DNA from: an uncultured Gammaproteobacteria bacterium
GTDB taxonomy: Bacteria; Patescibacteriota; Patescibacteriia; Patescibacteriales; UBA12465
DNA: 64,000 nt
Assembly: GCA_964470695.1 (NCBI GenBank)
Contig: CAYYDR010000001.1
Location: 10,638 to 74,637, forward strand
Direction of reading: 5' to 3'
Below the pieces are notes generated by a model that saw only the letters and a list, made by a program, of their open reading frames with translations, made no database searches and was not told the origin of the DNA. A program made the position numbers and the translations under genes. Positions 1 to 10,371 of this stretch are shown in pieces. The first letter of the stretch is position 1. Each line of letters opens with the position of its first letter.

Positions 1-2319
1 GCTTAAATGAAAAGCTAAACTCTTCTGACCACCCAACAACTTATTCCCAGTATAAATATCAAAAAGCTCAACCGACCTAATTAAGGGGTGAAAGTTTTTT
101 ATTTCACTCCTTAAATCATTATACAATATTTTATCTTCTACTACAAAAGAAATGTCTCTGGTAACCGGAGGATATTTTGGCGCCTCCTCAAAACGAAAGC
201 CAGGCCAACCAGACAACAGATCAATTAAAGAATTAAAGTTTATCTCAACTGCCGCTACTGATTTCTTAATATTAACATTTTTAACTACCGCTTTATTAAT
301 TTCCGCAATCAATCCTAAATCATGGCCCGCAACTAGTATTCTAGCCGAAGCTGTCTCACTTGCCCAACCGGGCTTATGATCAAGAGCGGAAAACTCGGTT
401 TCAATCTGATAACCGAACAAACTCTGAAAAAAATTGTTTATTACACTTTTTAGCTCTCCTAGCTGGTTAGCCTCTTCACCGGCCAAAATCAAACTCAGGC
501 GCTTTTCCTGATGGGGAAGCGTGTCTAAACTGACCGCATCCTTCTTCAAATTTCCTGGAATGTTAAAAAACACGCTGCCTAATTCAAATAGCCTCAAACT
601 ATCATATCTAGCCTGATTATTTTTTATATTATAAACCAAGCCAGGAATTAATGACTGCCTTAATAGAGCTTGATTTTCCGCTAACGGATTGGCCATCCGC
701 AAATAATCAAAAAATTCCAAGCCAGCTTTCTTAAGATTATCTTCGCCAATAAAAGAATAGTTATAAACCTCTGTCAAAGAATATTTAAGAGATAAAATAT
801 TCTTTATTTTTCTTTCCCATAATCTTTCTATATTCACCTCTGGGCGATTTAAAATTTGAACTGGCAATCCAGACTCAATATTATCATAACCATATAAGCG
901 CAATACCTCCTCAACAATATCCTCTTTTATATTAATGTCTTTAGTGGCACGCCAAGAAGGAATAGTAATTTCCAGTTCATCGTCTTGCCCTTTTATTTTA
1001 AAACCTAATTTTTCTAAAACTCCCACCACTTTTTCTCTAGGTATCACCTGGCCAATTTTATTATTCAGCCAAATAAGCGACAAGGAAATTTTTTTCTCTT
1101 CGTGGCTCACGCTGTTAACATCCGCTAAAGCGCTAACAATTTTAACCTCAGGAGAAATTTCTTTAAGCAGAGTTAAAAATCTAAGCAGAGCCGTCTCAGT
1201 TAAAAAAGGATCAAGGGATTTTTCAAAACGAATTGACGACTCTGATCTTAAGGCTAACCGGGAAGCGGTCTTGCGGATAGAAATGCCTTGGAAATTAGCT
1301 GATTCTAAAATCAGAGATTTGGTCTTATCATCAATCTCGCTGTTTTGCCCGCCCATAACACCGGCAATAGCGATTATTTTCTTTCCATCAGCAATTACCA
1401 AATCACCATCAACCAAAGATCGCTCTTTCCCATCTAAAGTCACGATATGCTCCCCAGCTACAGATTTTCTAACCACAATTTTCTTCACTTTATCGGCATC
1501 AAAAGCATGAAGAGGCTGCCCGATTTCCAACATAACATAATTGGTCAAATCTACAATATTATTTATTGGTTTTTGCCCAACGGCAATCAGCTTTTCCTTC
1601 AACCAGTCAGGCGACTCACTAACTTTGATATTCTCCACTCTGACCGCCTGATATTTCTGACATAATTCTTTATCTTCTACTTTAATATCTAATTGCGCCC
1701 CCTTTTTATCAGGAAATTCTAAGCGGCTGATTAATTTAGCGTATGGCTTAAGGCTAAGGGAAAAAATCGCCGCTAATTCTCGCGCTAAACCATAATGACT
1801 CCATAAGTCGGGACGATTAGACAGAGACTTATTATCAACTTCAAAAATTACATCGTCCGCTCGCAAATATTTAGCAAAAGGTTCTCCTATTTTAGCCCCT
1901 TCCTTTAAAACTAATATGCCCGCGTGGTCCTTTCCTAGACCTAATTCATCTTCAGCACAAATCATGCCATAAGATTTTTCGCCGCGTATTTCCGCCTCCT
2001 TTATCTCTAAACCATTAGGCAAGACAGCTCCTACTAAAGCGACAGGAACTAATTGTCCGACAGCTACATTTGGCGCGCCGCAGACAATCGTTAATTTTTC
2101 CTTTTTAACATCAACTTTAGTCACCCGCAATCTATCGGCGTTAGGGTGCTTATTAACCTCCAAAACCTTGCCGACTACTACTAAATTAAATTGATCGGCC
2201 TGTCTTGTTATGCCCTCTACTTCAACTGTGCGGCTGGTAAGCTCAGCAGCAATTTCCTCAGGGCTAGTCTTAGCTGGCAATTTTACTAAATCTTTTAACC
2301 AATTATAAGAAATATACAT
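1..2319 (-). CDS. pheT: Phenylalanine--tRNA ligase beta subunit (3' end runs off the window)
   Basis: Not in ORF track because truncated. Manual reading from ATG at 2319 gives MYISYNWLKDLVKLP..., HPNADRLRV, IVCGAPN, GEKSYGMICAEDELG, SNRPDLWSHYGLARE; follows pheS directly. Confidence 0.95.
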   Translation of the reverse strand, partial: MYISYNWLKDLVKLPAKTSPEEIAAELTSRTVEVEGITRQADQFNLVVVGKVLEVNKHPNADRLRVTKVDVKKEKLTIVCGAPNVAVGQLVPVALVGAVLPNGLEIKEAEIRGEKSYGMICAEDELGLGKDHAGILVLKEGAKIGEPFAKYLRADDVIFEVDNKSLSNRPDLWSHYGLARELAAIFSLSLKPYAKLISRLEFPDKKGAQLDIKVEDKELCQKYQAVRVENIKVSESPDWLKEKLIAVGQKPINNIVDLTNYVMLEIGQPLHAFDADKVKKIVVRKSVAGEHIVTLDGKERSLVDGDLVIADGKKIIAIAGVMGGQNSEIDDKTKSLILESANFQGISIRKTASRLALRSESSIRFEKSLDPFLTETALLRFLTLLKEISPEVKIVSALADVNSVSHEEKKISLSLIWLNNKIGQVIPREKVVGVLEKLGFKIKGQDDELEITIPSWRATKDINIKEDIVEEVLRLYGYDNIESGLPVQILNRPEVNIERLWERKIKNILSLKYSLTEVYNYSFIGEDNLKKAGLEFFDYLRMANPLAENQALLRQSLIPGLVYNIKNNQARYDSLRLFELGSVFFNIPGNLKKDAVSLDTLPHQEKRLSLILAGEEANQLGELKSVINNFFQSLFGYQIETEFSALDHKPGWASETASARILVAGHDLGLIAEINKAVVKNVNIKKSVAAVEINFNSLIDLLSGWPGFRFEEAPKYPPVTRDISFVVEDKILYNDLRSEIKNFHPLIRSVELFDIYTGNKLLGGQKSLAFHLS

Positions 2320-2323
2320 ATAA

Positions 2324-3352
2324 TTAAAATTGCTCTAAAAATTTAATATCCCCGCTATTAAATAAACGAATATCATTAATATTATATTTAAGCATGGCCA
2401 AGCGATTCAAGCCGAAACCGAAAGCTAACCCAGAATAAACATCGGGGTCAATCCCGCCCGCTCGTAAAACATCAGGGTGAACCAGGCCGGCGCCGACTAT
2501 TTCTAGCCAGCCCGAGTATTTACAAACCCGGCAGCCCTTGCCCTGGCATAAGAAACAAGTATATTCGCCATTGTTGCCTGGTTCAACAAAAGGATAGAAT
2601 TTAGGGCGCATTCGTAATTTAGTATTGGGGCCAAATAATTTTTGGCCGACTATTTCTAATAAACTCTTTAGATTGGCAAAATTAATATTCTTATCTATTA
2701 CTAATCCCTCTACTTGATAAAAAGTGTGTTCGTGCCTGGCGTCAGTCGCCTCATTGCGGAAACAGCGTCCTGGCATAATAGCTTTTAGGGGCGCCCCGTA
2801 GCGCTGCATGGTTCTTATTTGGACTGGAGAGGTGTGGGTGCGCATCACTAGGTCATACTGGCCCTCTTTATTCTTTGAATCAATATAAAAAGTATCTTGC
2901 ATATCGCGCGCGGGATGATGCGGCGGCATATTTAAGGCTGTAAAATTATAATAATCGCTCTCTAATTCCGGCCCATCCGCAATCATAAATCCTAAGGAAG
3001 AGAAAAGATCTTCTAATTCATTCTGAATTATAGTAATAGGATGAAGATGGCCATTTGGCAAAGGCGCTCCCGGCAGGCTAACATCTACGACCTCGCTCTT
3101 AGCCGCATAATTATTAATTATCTGGCTGGCCTCAGCAAATTTGCTTTGCAGTTCTTCTTTTAGGCTATTAGCTAATCCTCCTAATTCCTGGCGCAAATCT
3201 AGACTTAAATCTTTTAATTCGTGCATTGCAGCACTCAGCTCGCCTTTTCGCGATAAGAAGCGCAATTCCAAATCGCGCAAATGTTCATTGTTTTTAGCTT
3301 GCGCTAATTGCGATAAGAAGTCAGCGCGTAATTTATTTAATTTCGCTTTCAT
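2324..3352 (-). CDS. pheS: Phenylalanine--tRNA ligase alpha subunit
   Basis: HPARDMQDTFY, MRTHTSPVQ, FYPFVEP, GFGLNRLAM motifs. Confidence 0.97.
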   Translation of the reverse strand: MKAKLNKLRADFLSQLAQAKNNEHLRDLELRFLSRKGELSAAMHELKDLSLDLRQELGGLANSLKEELQSKFAEASQIINNYAAKSEVVDVSLPGAPLPNGHLHPITIIQNELEDLFSSLGFMIADGPELESDYYNFTALNMPPHHPARDMQDTFYIDSKNKEGQYDLVMRTHTSPVQIRTMQRYGAPLKAIMPGRCFRNEATDARHEHTFYQVEGLVIDKNINFANLKSLLEIVGQKLFGPNTKLRMRPKFYPFVEPGNNGEYTCFLCQGKGCRVCKYSGWLEIVGAGLVHPDVLRAGGIDPDVYSGLAFGFGLNRLAMLKYNINDIRLFNSGDIKFLEQF

Positions 3353-3356
3353 ATAT

Positions 3357-3737
3357 TTATCTGTTTTTCTTATAACTAATCAAAAATAACTCCAAAATTG
3401 CAAAGATCATGACCAACATAATTAAATTTAACCAATTAAACAATTGCTGGGCCTTCAATATCAGTAAAATTATTATAAACAAAGAGAGGGAAAAGGACTG
3501 ACGAAAAGCGATTTTGACTAAATTAAAAGCTAATTCTTTCTTTAAAGCTATAAAACGAATTATAAATCCCACTAAAGCGATAGTTCCGCTTAGAGAGGCG
3601 AAAAGAGCTAAATAAAATAAAGTAAACCCCAGCCAGTTAGTGGCCGTCGGATCAACTAAGCCAGCGACAAAGAAAAAAATCGCCCAGCAAACAGCTGTTA
3701 AAACCGCCATGACGCCTAAATAATTTTTCAAGGTCAT
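3357..3737 (-). CDS. Hypothetical 4-TM membrane protein
   Basis: Four hydrophobic helices; 4-nt overlap with valS stop. Confidence 0.75.
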   Translation of the reverse strand: MTLKNYLGVMAVLTAVCWAIFFFVAGLVDPTATNWLGFTLFYLALFASLSGTIALVGFIIRFIALKKELAFNLVKIAFRQSFSLSLFIIILLILKAQQLFNWLNLIMLVMIFAILELFLISYKKNR

Positions 3738-6370
3738 ATATTTTGAATATTTTTAACTATTTTATCCCGCTCTAATTTATAATTAGCCAGCTTATCTTTC
3801 TCAGCCTTAACAATCGTTTCCGGCGCTCGAGATACGAAGTCAATATTATTTAATTTTGTCTCCTGTAGAGCGATCAATTTCTCTAGCTGTTCTTTTTCTT
3901 TGCCAAGCCGCTCTCGTTCTTTAGCCTCATCAATCGTTCCAATTAAATAAATTTCCGTTTCCCCAACCGGGACGACTATTGCTTTATCAATTTTTTCACC
4001 CTTAACTTTAATAGTTAAACTACTTAGACCGGTTTTTAGCCCCATAATCAGTTCTTTTTCTGGCTCTAAGAATTTAGCATCAGGGCTATAAATAATTGCT
4101 TCCAGTTTCTGAGCCGGCTCTATCTTATTTTCGCTGCGGGCATTTCTGATGGCAATTATAATTTCTTGAATTTTTTTAATTTTATTTTCTGACTCGGTAT
4201 TAGACCAGTCTTTATTTTCTAAAGACATTTTTGGCCATCTTTCAACCATTAAAACAGATTCATTAAAGCTAGCCCAAATTGATTCAGTCACAAAGGGAAT
4301 AAAGGGGTGCCAAATAATTAATAAATTTTTCAAAATATAAATTAATATTTCCTCTTTATCTTTTTCTATTTTAGCTATTTCCAGATACCAATCAGCCAGC
4401 TTATTATAGGTAAAATCAACCAACTCATCAGCCGCTAAAGAAAAATTAAAATTAGCTAAATATCCGTCAACTATTTTAACTGATGTAGTTAAGCTATTTA
4501 GAATCCATTTATCAGCATTAGTTTTAACGGCCGGCATCTTATCAATCGGAACATCAAAATCTTTTTCATCAACCGAACTGAGAATAAACCGAGAAATATT
4601 CCAAAGCTTATTTATAAAATTACGCTTAGCTTCTACCTTATCCTCATTAAAACGCGAATCATTGCCTGGGGTAGAGCCCATTAGAATAGAGAGGCGCGTA
4701 GCGTCAGCACCAAATTTAGCCACCATATCTAAAGGATTAACGCCGTTACCTTTAGATTTAGACATTTTTTTACCGTTGCCATCTAAAATCATGCCATGCA
4801 AATAAACATTGCTAAAAGGAATCTCGCCTAAAGCGAAAAAGGACATCATAATCATACGAGAAACCCAGAGAGTAATTATTTCATAGCCTGTTTCTAGGAC
4901 CTGGGTAGGATGAAAACGAGCTAAGTCGCCAATTTTTTTACCATCTTTAAAATTATCCGGCCAACCGAGCGTGGAAAAAGTCCACATGCCCGAGGAAAAC
5001 CAGGTGTCTAGGGTGTCAGAATCTTGCGCCCAGCCATCGCCAGCCGGAGCAGATAAACCAACATAAATTTCCTCTCCTTTATACCAAACCGGAATCTGAT
5101 GGCCAAACCAAATCTGGCGAGAAATACACCAATCATGGAGATTATTCATCCAATCGGTATATCTCTTATTAAATCGCTCTGGAATAAATTTTATTTCGTT
5201 TGTTTCGGCCGCTTCAATTGCTCTCTCTTTTAATGATTTATCGCCCAATCGTGATAATTTTTTATCAACCGAGATAAACCATTGTTTAGAGGGAAGCGGT
5301 TCAATTGACGCGCCGCAGCGATAACAGACCGAAAGATTATTTGTTAAATCTTCCTCTTTAACCATTAGACCGCGGTTATTTAGCTCCTCAATAATTAAGG
5401 AACGCGCTTCAACCGCGCTAAGGCCGGAAAAATTACCAAAGTTTTTATGGATAAAGCCCTTTTCATCTATAACCTTTATTAAATCCAAATTATTAGCTTG
5501 AGCCATTTGCCAATCTACCATGGAGTGGGCCGGAGTAACCCCAAGAGCGCCGGTGCCAAAATCAGAATCAACATTTCTGTCAGCGATAATTTTAATTTTT
5601 AATTCTTGGCCGCAAAAATCTGCCAATAATTCCCGGCCAATAAAAGATTTATACCGCTCATCTTTTGGGTTAACCGCTATAGCCGTATCGCCCAGCTTAG
5701 TTTCGGGGCGGGTGGTAGAAATAGCGATAGGGAAGTCTTTATCATAACGGAAAGTATATAGTTTAGTCTTCTGTTCTTTATATTCCACCTCGTCATCAGC
5801 TAAAGTAGACTGGCAGCGCGGGCACCAATTAACAATTCTTTCCCCCTTATAAATCACACCTTCATCATACATTTCTTTAAACATCTGGCGGACAGCCTTC
5901 TGCCTCTCCTCGTCAAGAGTAAAAGCCAGGCGCGACCAATCTAAAGAGGCGCCTAATTTACGCATTTGATGCAATATTTCTCCTTGAGTCACATCTAGAA
6001 ATTTCCAAACCTCCTGTAAAAATTGCTCTCGGCCTAAATCATGACGTGTCTTACCCTGTTCACGAAAAATTTTTTTCTCTACCACATTCTGGGTAGCAAT
6101 AGCCGCGTGATCAGTGCCGGGCAACCATAGGGCCTTATACCCGCGCAAACGATGATAACGGATCAATAAATCTTCAATTGCCACCATAGCTGAGTGCCCC
6201 ATATGCAACCGATCGGTAATATTAGGTGGAGGGAGAACTATAGTATAAGAAGAGGCCTCGTCTGGTAGCCCCAAATTATCCGGATTAAAAAATCCTGAAT
6301 CTTCCCATTTTTTATAAATTTTGTCCTCATTTTCACCAGGACTATAAGCTTTAGGTAATTCTTGTTTCAT
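3734..6370 (-). CDS. valS: Valine--tRNA ligase
   Basis: PPPNIT..LHMGH (HIGH), DWCISRQIWFGHQIP, KMSKS, C-terminal coiled coil. Confidence 0.97.
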   Translation of the reverse strand: MKQELPKAYSPGENEDKIYKKWEDSGFFNPDNLGLPDEASSYTIVLPPPNITDRLHMGHSAMVAIEDLLIRYHRLRGYKALWLPGTDHAAIATQNVVEKKIFREQGKTRHDLGREQFLQEVWKFLDVTQGEILHQMRKLGASLDWSRLAFTLDEERQKAVRQMFKEMYDEGVIYKGERIVNWCPRCQSTLADDEVEYKEQKTKLYTFRYDKDFPIAISTTRPETKLGDTAIAVNPKDERYKSFIGRELLADFCGQELKIKIIADRNVDSDFGTGALGVTPAHSMVDWQMAQANNLDLIKVIDEKGFIHKNFGNFSGLSAVEARSLIIEELNNRGLMVKEEDLTNNLSVCYRCGASIEPLPSKQWFISVDKKLSRLGDKSLKERAIEAAETNEIKFIPERFNKRYTDWMNNLHDWCISRQIWFGHQIPVWYKGEEIYVGLSAPAGDGWAQDSDTLDTWFSSGMWTFSTLGWPDNFKDGKKIGDLARFHPTQVLETGYEIITLWVSRMIMMSFFALGEIPFSNVYLHGMILDGNGKKMSKSKGNGVNPLDMVAKFGADATRLSILMGSTPGNDSRFNEDKVEAKRNFINKLWNISRFILSSVDEKDFDVPIDKMPAVKTNADKWILNSLTTSVKIVDGYLANFNFSLAADELVDFTYNKLADWYLEIAKIEKDKEEILIYILKNLLIIWHPFIPFVTESIWASFNESVLMVERWPKMSLENKDWSNTESENKIKKIQEIIIAIRNARSENKIEPAQKLEAIIYSPDAKFLEPEKELIMGLKTGLSSLTIKVKGEKIDKAIVVPVGETEIYLIGTIDEAKERERLGKEKEQLEKLIALQETKLNNIDFVSRAPETIVKAEKDKLANYKLERDKIVKNIQNI

Positions 6371-6376
6371 ACTTTA

Positions 6377-6405
6377 AAATTACCAAAAAAACAGCCTTAA
6401 GTCAA
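6377..6405 (-). promoter_or_regulatory. sigma70-type promoter of valS (probably leaderless mRNA)
   Basis: Minus strand TTGACT-17 nt-TAATTT, then only 6 nt to the ATG. Confidence 0.55.
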
Positions 6406-6490
6406 ACAAAATTTATCTTGACTTTAAGCCTAATTACCGGTATATTAAAGGGTTGAGCTCACTATAAGCTCGGCCTATTTTATAGATCAA

Positions 6491-7633
6491 ATGCTAGACT
6501 TAGAACAACAAATTTTCCGACAGCTGGAAAAATCTAAAAGCCCCTTAATTGTATTCCCAGCCGATTGGTCTGGCGATTCCGTAGCTGCGGCTTTGGCGCT
6601 TTTTATATTTCTAAAAAATTTAGGCCTTAACCCGGAAATTGCCGCTTCTCAGCCAGACATAAATAAGCACAGCCTAGCCTTCTTGCCGTCTTTTCAGGCT
6701 ATCCAGGCGGGGCTACATAACTTGCGTCGTTTTATCGTCTCTTTAGACATCAGTCAAGCTAAAGTCCAGCAAATAAAATACACGGTTGACGAGGCCCGTC
6801 TTAATTTTATAATCTCTCCGTCAACCGGCTGGTTTAAGCCTGAAGATGTGACATCTCGCGCCGATGATTTTAAATATGATTTGATTATTACGCTAGGAAC
6901 CAGTAATTTAGAATCGCTGGGGAAAATATACGACGATAATATAGAATTTTTTTATAAAACTACCATTATCAATATTGACAACCATCCTACCAACGAAGAC
7001 TTCGGCCAAATTAATTTTGTTGATCTGAATTCAGTCGCTACCTCCGAAACTCTTTTTTATTTATTAAAAAATTATAAAGGAGAGCTCGTAAATGAAGATG
7101 CGGCGACCTGCCTTCTTGCCGGAATAATCCAGCAAACCAAAAATTTCAAAACCCCTAATCTTACTCCCCGCACACTGTTAACTAGCTCCCAACTTATCAC
7201 TTTAGGGGCGCGACGCGAAGAAATAGTAAATAATTTATATCGTTCTCGCGATATTTCTTCTTTAAAATTATGGGGAAGAATATTAAATAATCTAAAATCA
7301 AGTAAAAAAGATGAGATTCTTTGGTCCAGCCTGCTTGGGCCTGACTTCAAGGACTGCGACTCTTCTCCGGCCATGATAGATGACTTAGTAGATGAATTAA
7401 TGGCTAGCGTCCCCAGCGCTAAACTAATTGTTATAATATATGAAACTGATCCCGGCCTAACAAACATCAATCTTTACGCCCTTAAAAACAATAACGCCCT
7501 GGATCTATTAAAAGAATATTCTCCCCAAGGCCTGCCTCGCCTAGCTAAGGCCACCACCAGCCAAAGCCCCAATCAACTAACCAATGAATTAATACCCGCC
7601 CTACAAAAAAAGCTTGATAAATTAGTTTCTTAG
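6491..7633 (+). CDS. DHH/NrnA-like phosphoesterase family protein with degenerate motifs
   Basis: GDSVAAALAL, IINIDNHPTNEDFG, ATSETL, ATCLLAGII resemble DHH family motifs. Confidence 0.75.
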   Translation: MLDLEQQIFRQLEKSKSPLIVFPADWSGDSVAAALALFIFLKNLGLNPEIAASQPDINKHSLAFLPSFQAIQAGLHNLRRFIVSLDISQAKVQQIKYTVDEARLNFIISPSTGWFKPEDVTSRADDFKYDLIITLGTSNLESLGKIYDDNIEFFYKTTIINIDNHPTNEDFGQINFVDLNSVATSETLFYLLKNYKGELVNEDAATCLLAGIIQQTKNFKTPNLTPRTLLTSSQLITLGARREEIVNNLYRSRDISSLKLWGRILNNLKSSKKDEILWSSLLGPDFKDCDSSPAMIDDLVDELMASVPSAKLIVIIYETDPGLTNINLYALKNNNALDLLKEYSPQGLPRLAKATTSQSPNQLTNELIPALQKKLDKLVS

Positions 7634-7714
7634 TGATATAAATTTTAGTGACCCAATATAATAGCTAATGAAATTAAGTATCTTGCATTCTTTATTCGCG
7701 GCCATTATAATAAG

Positions 7715-7788
7715 GGGCATATAGCTCAGTTGGTTAGAGCACCGCTCTTATAAAGCGGGGGTCGATGGTTCAAGTCCATCTATGCCCA
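7715..7788 (+). tRNA. tRNA-Ile(UAU)
   Basis: Cloverleaf: GGGCATA/TATGCCC acceptor, anticodon arm CCGCT-CT TAT AA-AGCGG, TTCAAGT T-loop. Confidence 0.93.
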
Positions 7789-7802
7789 CAGTTTATTAAA
7801 GA

Positions 7803-7876
7803 GGGCTCGTAGCTCAGTTGGTTAGAGCGCCACGTTGACATCGTGGAGGTCACAGATTCGAGTTCTGTCGGGCCCA
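7803..7876 (+). tRNA. tRNA-Val(GAC)
   Basis: GGGCTCG/CGGGCCC acceptor, CCACG-TT GAC AT-CGTGG anticodon arm. Confidence 0.95.
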
Positions 7877-7881
7877 CCCTG

Positions 7882-7912
7882 AAAAAACACGTCTTGATAA
7901 GGCGTGTTTTTT
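7882..7912 (+). terminator. Intrinsic terminator after the tRNA pair
   Basis: AAAAAACACGTCTT-GAT-AAGGCGTGTTTTTT hairpin with T tract. Confidence 0.75.
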
Positions 7913-7976
7913 AATTTATGTATTTACTTTTAACCTAATTATTGGTAAATTATATAAAGAAGATAATTAAATTAAT

Positions 7977-8396
7977 ATGCTTTTCCATAATAAAAAAAGG
8001 GTAGTTGCTTCAGTTTCTAAAAATAACCAAACCTCAGCCGAAGAATGGTTCAACTATGAAGAGCCGGAAACCGAGGGGCAGCTGGCTATTGATGTTTATC
8101 AAACCGACAAAAAAATAATTGTTAAATCCACAATCGCCGGAGTCAAACCAGAAAATTTAAAAATATCTCTCCACCACGATCTCCTAACAATCAAGGGGAG
8201 CCGTTCGGCCGGACAAGAAATAACTGAAGAAAATTATTTATACCGAGAATGCTACTGGGGGTCTTTCTCTAGGTCTATTATTTTGCCATCTGAAGTAGAT
8301 AATAAGAAAGTAGAAGCCGAGCTAGAAAATGGGGTATTAACTATTACTCTTTACAAAACTAACCCTAGCCAAATCCAAGTAAAAATCAAGGATTAG
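7977..8396 (+). CDS. Small heat shock protein Hsp20/alpha-crystallin
   Basis: IDVYQT, GVKPENLKI, ECYWGSFSRSIILP, ENGVLTITL. Confidence 0.92.
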   Translation: MLFHNKKRVVASVSKNNQTSAEEWFNYEEPETEGQLAIDVYQTDKKIIVKSTIAGVKPENLKISLHHDLLTIKGSRSAGQEITEENYLYRECYWGSFSRSIILPSEVDNKKVEAELENGVLTITLYKTNPSQIQVKIKD

Positions 8397-8414
8397 ATTC
8401 GGACTCAAGCCGAT

Positions 8415-10370
8415 ATGAAAAATAAGGCTCTGATAATAAAAACCGCTTTAGTGTTAATAGCTTGCTTGTCAGCGGCTTTTTTTATTATTAATTACTCTAT
8501 CTGGAACAATAATTACCGAGGACGAATTTATCCCAACGTTATAATAGGGGGGCTAGATTTATCTGGAAAAACGCCGACTGAAGCTAGGGCCGCTTTGGCT
8601 GAACAAGCAGAAAAAATAAAAGAAGCCGGCTTAAAATTTAAATATAACGACAAAACTGTTTCCTTAGAAACATCGGTCGCCTCATTTGATGCTGACTTAT
8701 CCTATCCGGCTTTAGTCTTTGAAATAGAGGCGACTATTAATGAGGCTCTAGGGGGAGAAAAGGGGCAGGGATTTTTAAAATATCTTCTAAATATAATCGG
8801 GCTAGAAAAACAAGATAACCTAAAACTGCTGTATCAATTAAACGAAGAAAAGACTAGGTCTTTTTTAAATGAGAACTTCGCTGAACTAAATATCAGCCCG
8901 GCCAACGCTTACTTTTCCTTTGTAGAAAGCAATAATAATCTTTCCCTAAAAAATAACCCGGAAAAAATCGGCAAAGAAATAAATTACGATCAGGCTATTA
9001 ATGAAGTAAAGAATAATCTTGATAATTTAAAGGACGCAGTAGTAATCATTAAGACCAGATCTAAATACCCGACCGTTAAAACCAGTGATTTAGCAGGGCT
9101 AGAAAATGAAGCCAAGCAGATGTTTAATAAAGCTGACTTAATTCTCCAGCTCCCGGAGTCCGAGCAACCAAATCAAGAGCAAAAATCTTGGTCAATTAAA
9201 TCCAGCCGCTTAATAACTTGGGCTAATGCTAAAAAAACGGATCAGGGCCTCACTATTTCCTTAGACCAAGAAAAGGTGAAAGATTATATTAAGACAACAA
9301 TATCTCCTCAGGTTGACGAGGAGCCAATCAGGCCGCGCTTTGAAATTAAAAATGGCCGGGTCAGCAGTTGGCAAACTGGCAAAATCGGATTAGCCGTTGA
9401 TATTGAAGAAACAGCTAATCGTTTAATAGCCGGTTTTTTAAACAAGGAAAAAAGTATTACCATAATTACCAAGGAGGTTGGAAGCGAAGATTTGGCGGCA
9501 GACAACTCTTTTAACATCAAAGAAATATTAGGAACGGGCCACTCCGCCTTTACTGGATCGCCGGCTAATAGACGCCATAATATTGCTACTGGCGCCGCGG
9601 CTCTGCACGGCTTATTAATAAAACCGGGCGAGGAATTTTCTTTAGTGAAAGCCCTGGGAGATATTAGCGATCAGACCGGATATTTGCCCGAACTAGTAAT
9701 TAAAGGAAACAAGACTGTCCCTGAGTTCGGCGGCGGGCTCTGCCAAGTCGGCACAACCTTATTTAGAACTGTTCTAGCTACGGGATTGCCAGTCACCATG
9801 CGGCAAAACCATTCTTACCGCGTCTCTTATTACGAACCGGCTGGGACTGATGCCACTATTTATATACCACAACCAGACTTCCGATTTATCAACGATACTA
9901 ACAATTACATTTTAATTCAGGCTCGCTCTACTAAAAATGATTTGTATTTTGATTTTTGGGGAGTTAAAGATGGGCGCATTGCTACTACGACTTATCCAGT
10001 AATCTATAACATCGTAAAGCCTGAGCCGACAAAAATCGTAGAAACCGATGCTCTTAAACCAGGTGAAAAAAAATGTACTGAGAGTTCTCATAACGGCGCT
10101 GACGCTTACTTTGATTACAAAGTAATATACCCAGAGGGGGCCAGCGTTGAACCGCTAGTCCAAGAAAGAAGATTTAAATCGCATTATATCCCTTGGCAAG
10201 CGGTCTGCTTAGTAGGAAAATCGGCCAGCTCTAGCAGCCCAATTGCTTCTAGTACCCCAATAACATCCACCTCTTCTAGCGCTATCATAACGCCAACAAC
10301 TCCTAGTAACCCCGAAAACAAAGAAGCGACTGGAACTCCAGCCGCTTCTAGCAGTCTTATTAAACCTTAA
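8415..10370 (+). CDS. VanW family protein with peptidoglycan-binding repeats and Ser/Thr-rich tail
   Basis: N-terminal TM; NRRHNI, PGEEFS, GGGLCQVGTTLF, HSYRVSYY, GTDATI VanW motifs. Confidence 0.88.
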   Translation: MKNKALIIKTALVLIACLSAAFFIINYSIWNNNYRGRIYPNVIIGGLDLSGKTPTEARAALAEQAEKIKEAGLKFKYNDKTVSLETSVASFDADLSYPALVFEIEATINEALGGEKGQGFLKYLLNIIGLEKQDNLKLLYQLNEEKTRSFLNENFAELNISPANAYFSFVESNNNLSLKNNPEKIGKEINYDQAINEVKNNLDNLKDAVVIIKTRSKYPTVKTSDLAGLENEAKQMFNKADLILQLPESEQPNQEQKSWSIKSSRLITWANAKKTDQGLTISLDQEKVKDYIKTTISPQVDEEPIRPRFEIKNGRVSSWQTGKIGLAVDIEETANRLIAGFLNKEKSITIITKEVGSEDLAADNSFNIKEILGTGHSAFTGSPANRRHNIATGAAALHGLLIKPGEEFSLVKALGDISDQTGYLPELVIKGNKTVPEFGGGLCQVGTTLFRTVLATGLPVTMRQNHSYRVSYYEPAGTDATIYIPQPDFRFINDTNNYILIQARSTKNDLYFDFWGVKDGRIATTTYPVIYNIVKPEPTKIVETDALKPGEKKCTESSHNGADAYFDYKVIYPEGASVEPLVQERRFKSHYIPWQAVCLVGKSASSSSPIASSTPITSTSSSAIITPTTPSNPENKEATGTPAASSSLIKP

Positions 10371-10371
10371 C

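Noticed and set aside
152-1665. Plus-strand ORFs 152-379, 935-1510 and 1447-1665
   Set aside because: Antisense shadows of pheT, which occupies 1-2319 on the minus strand
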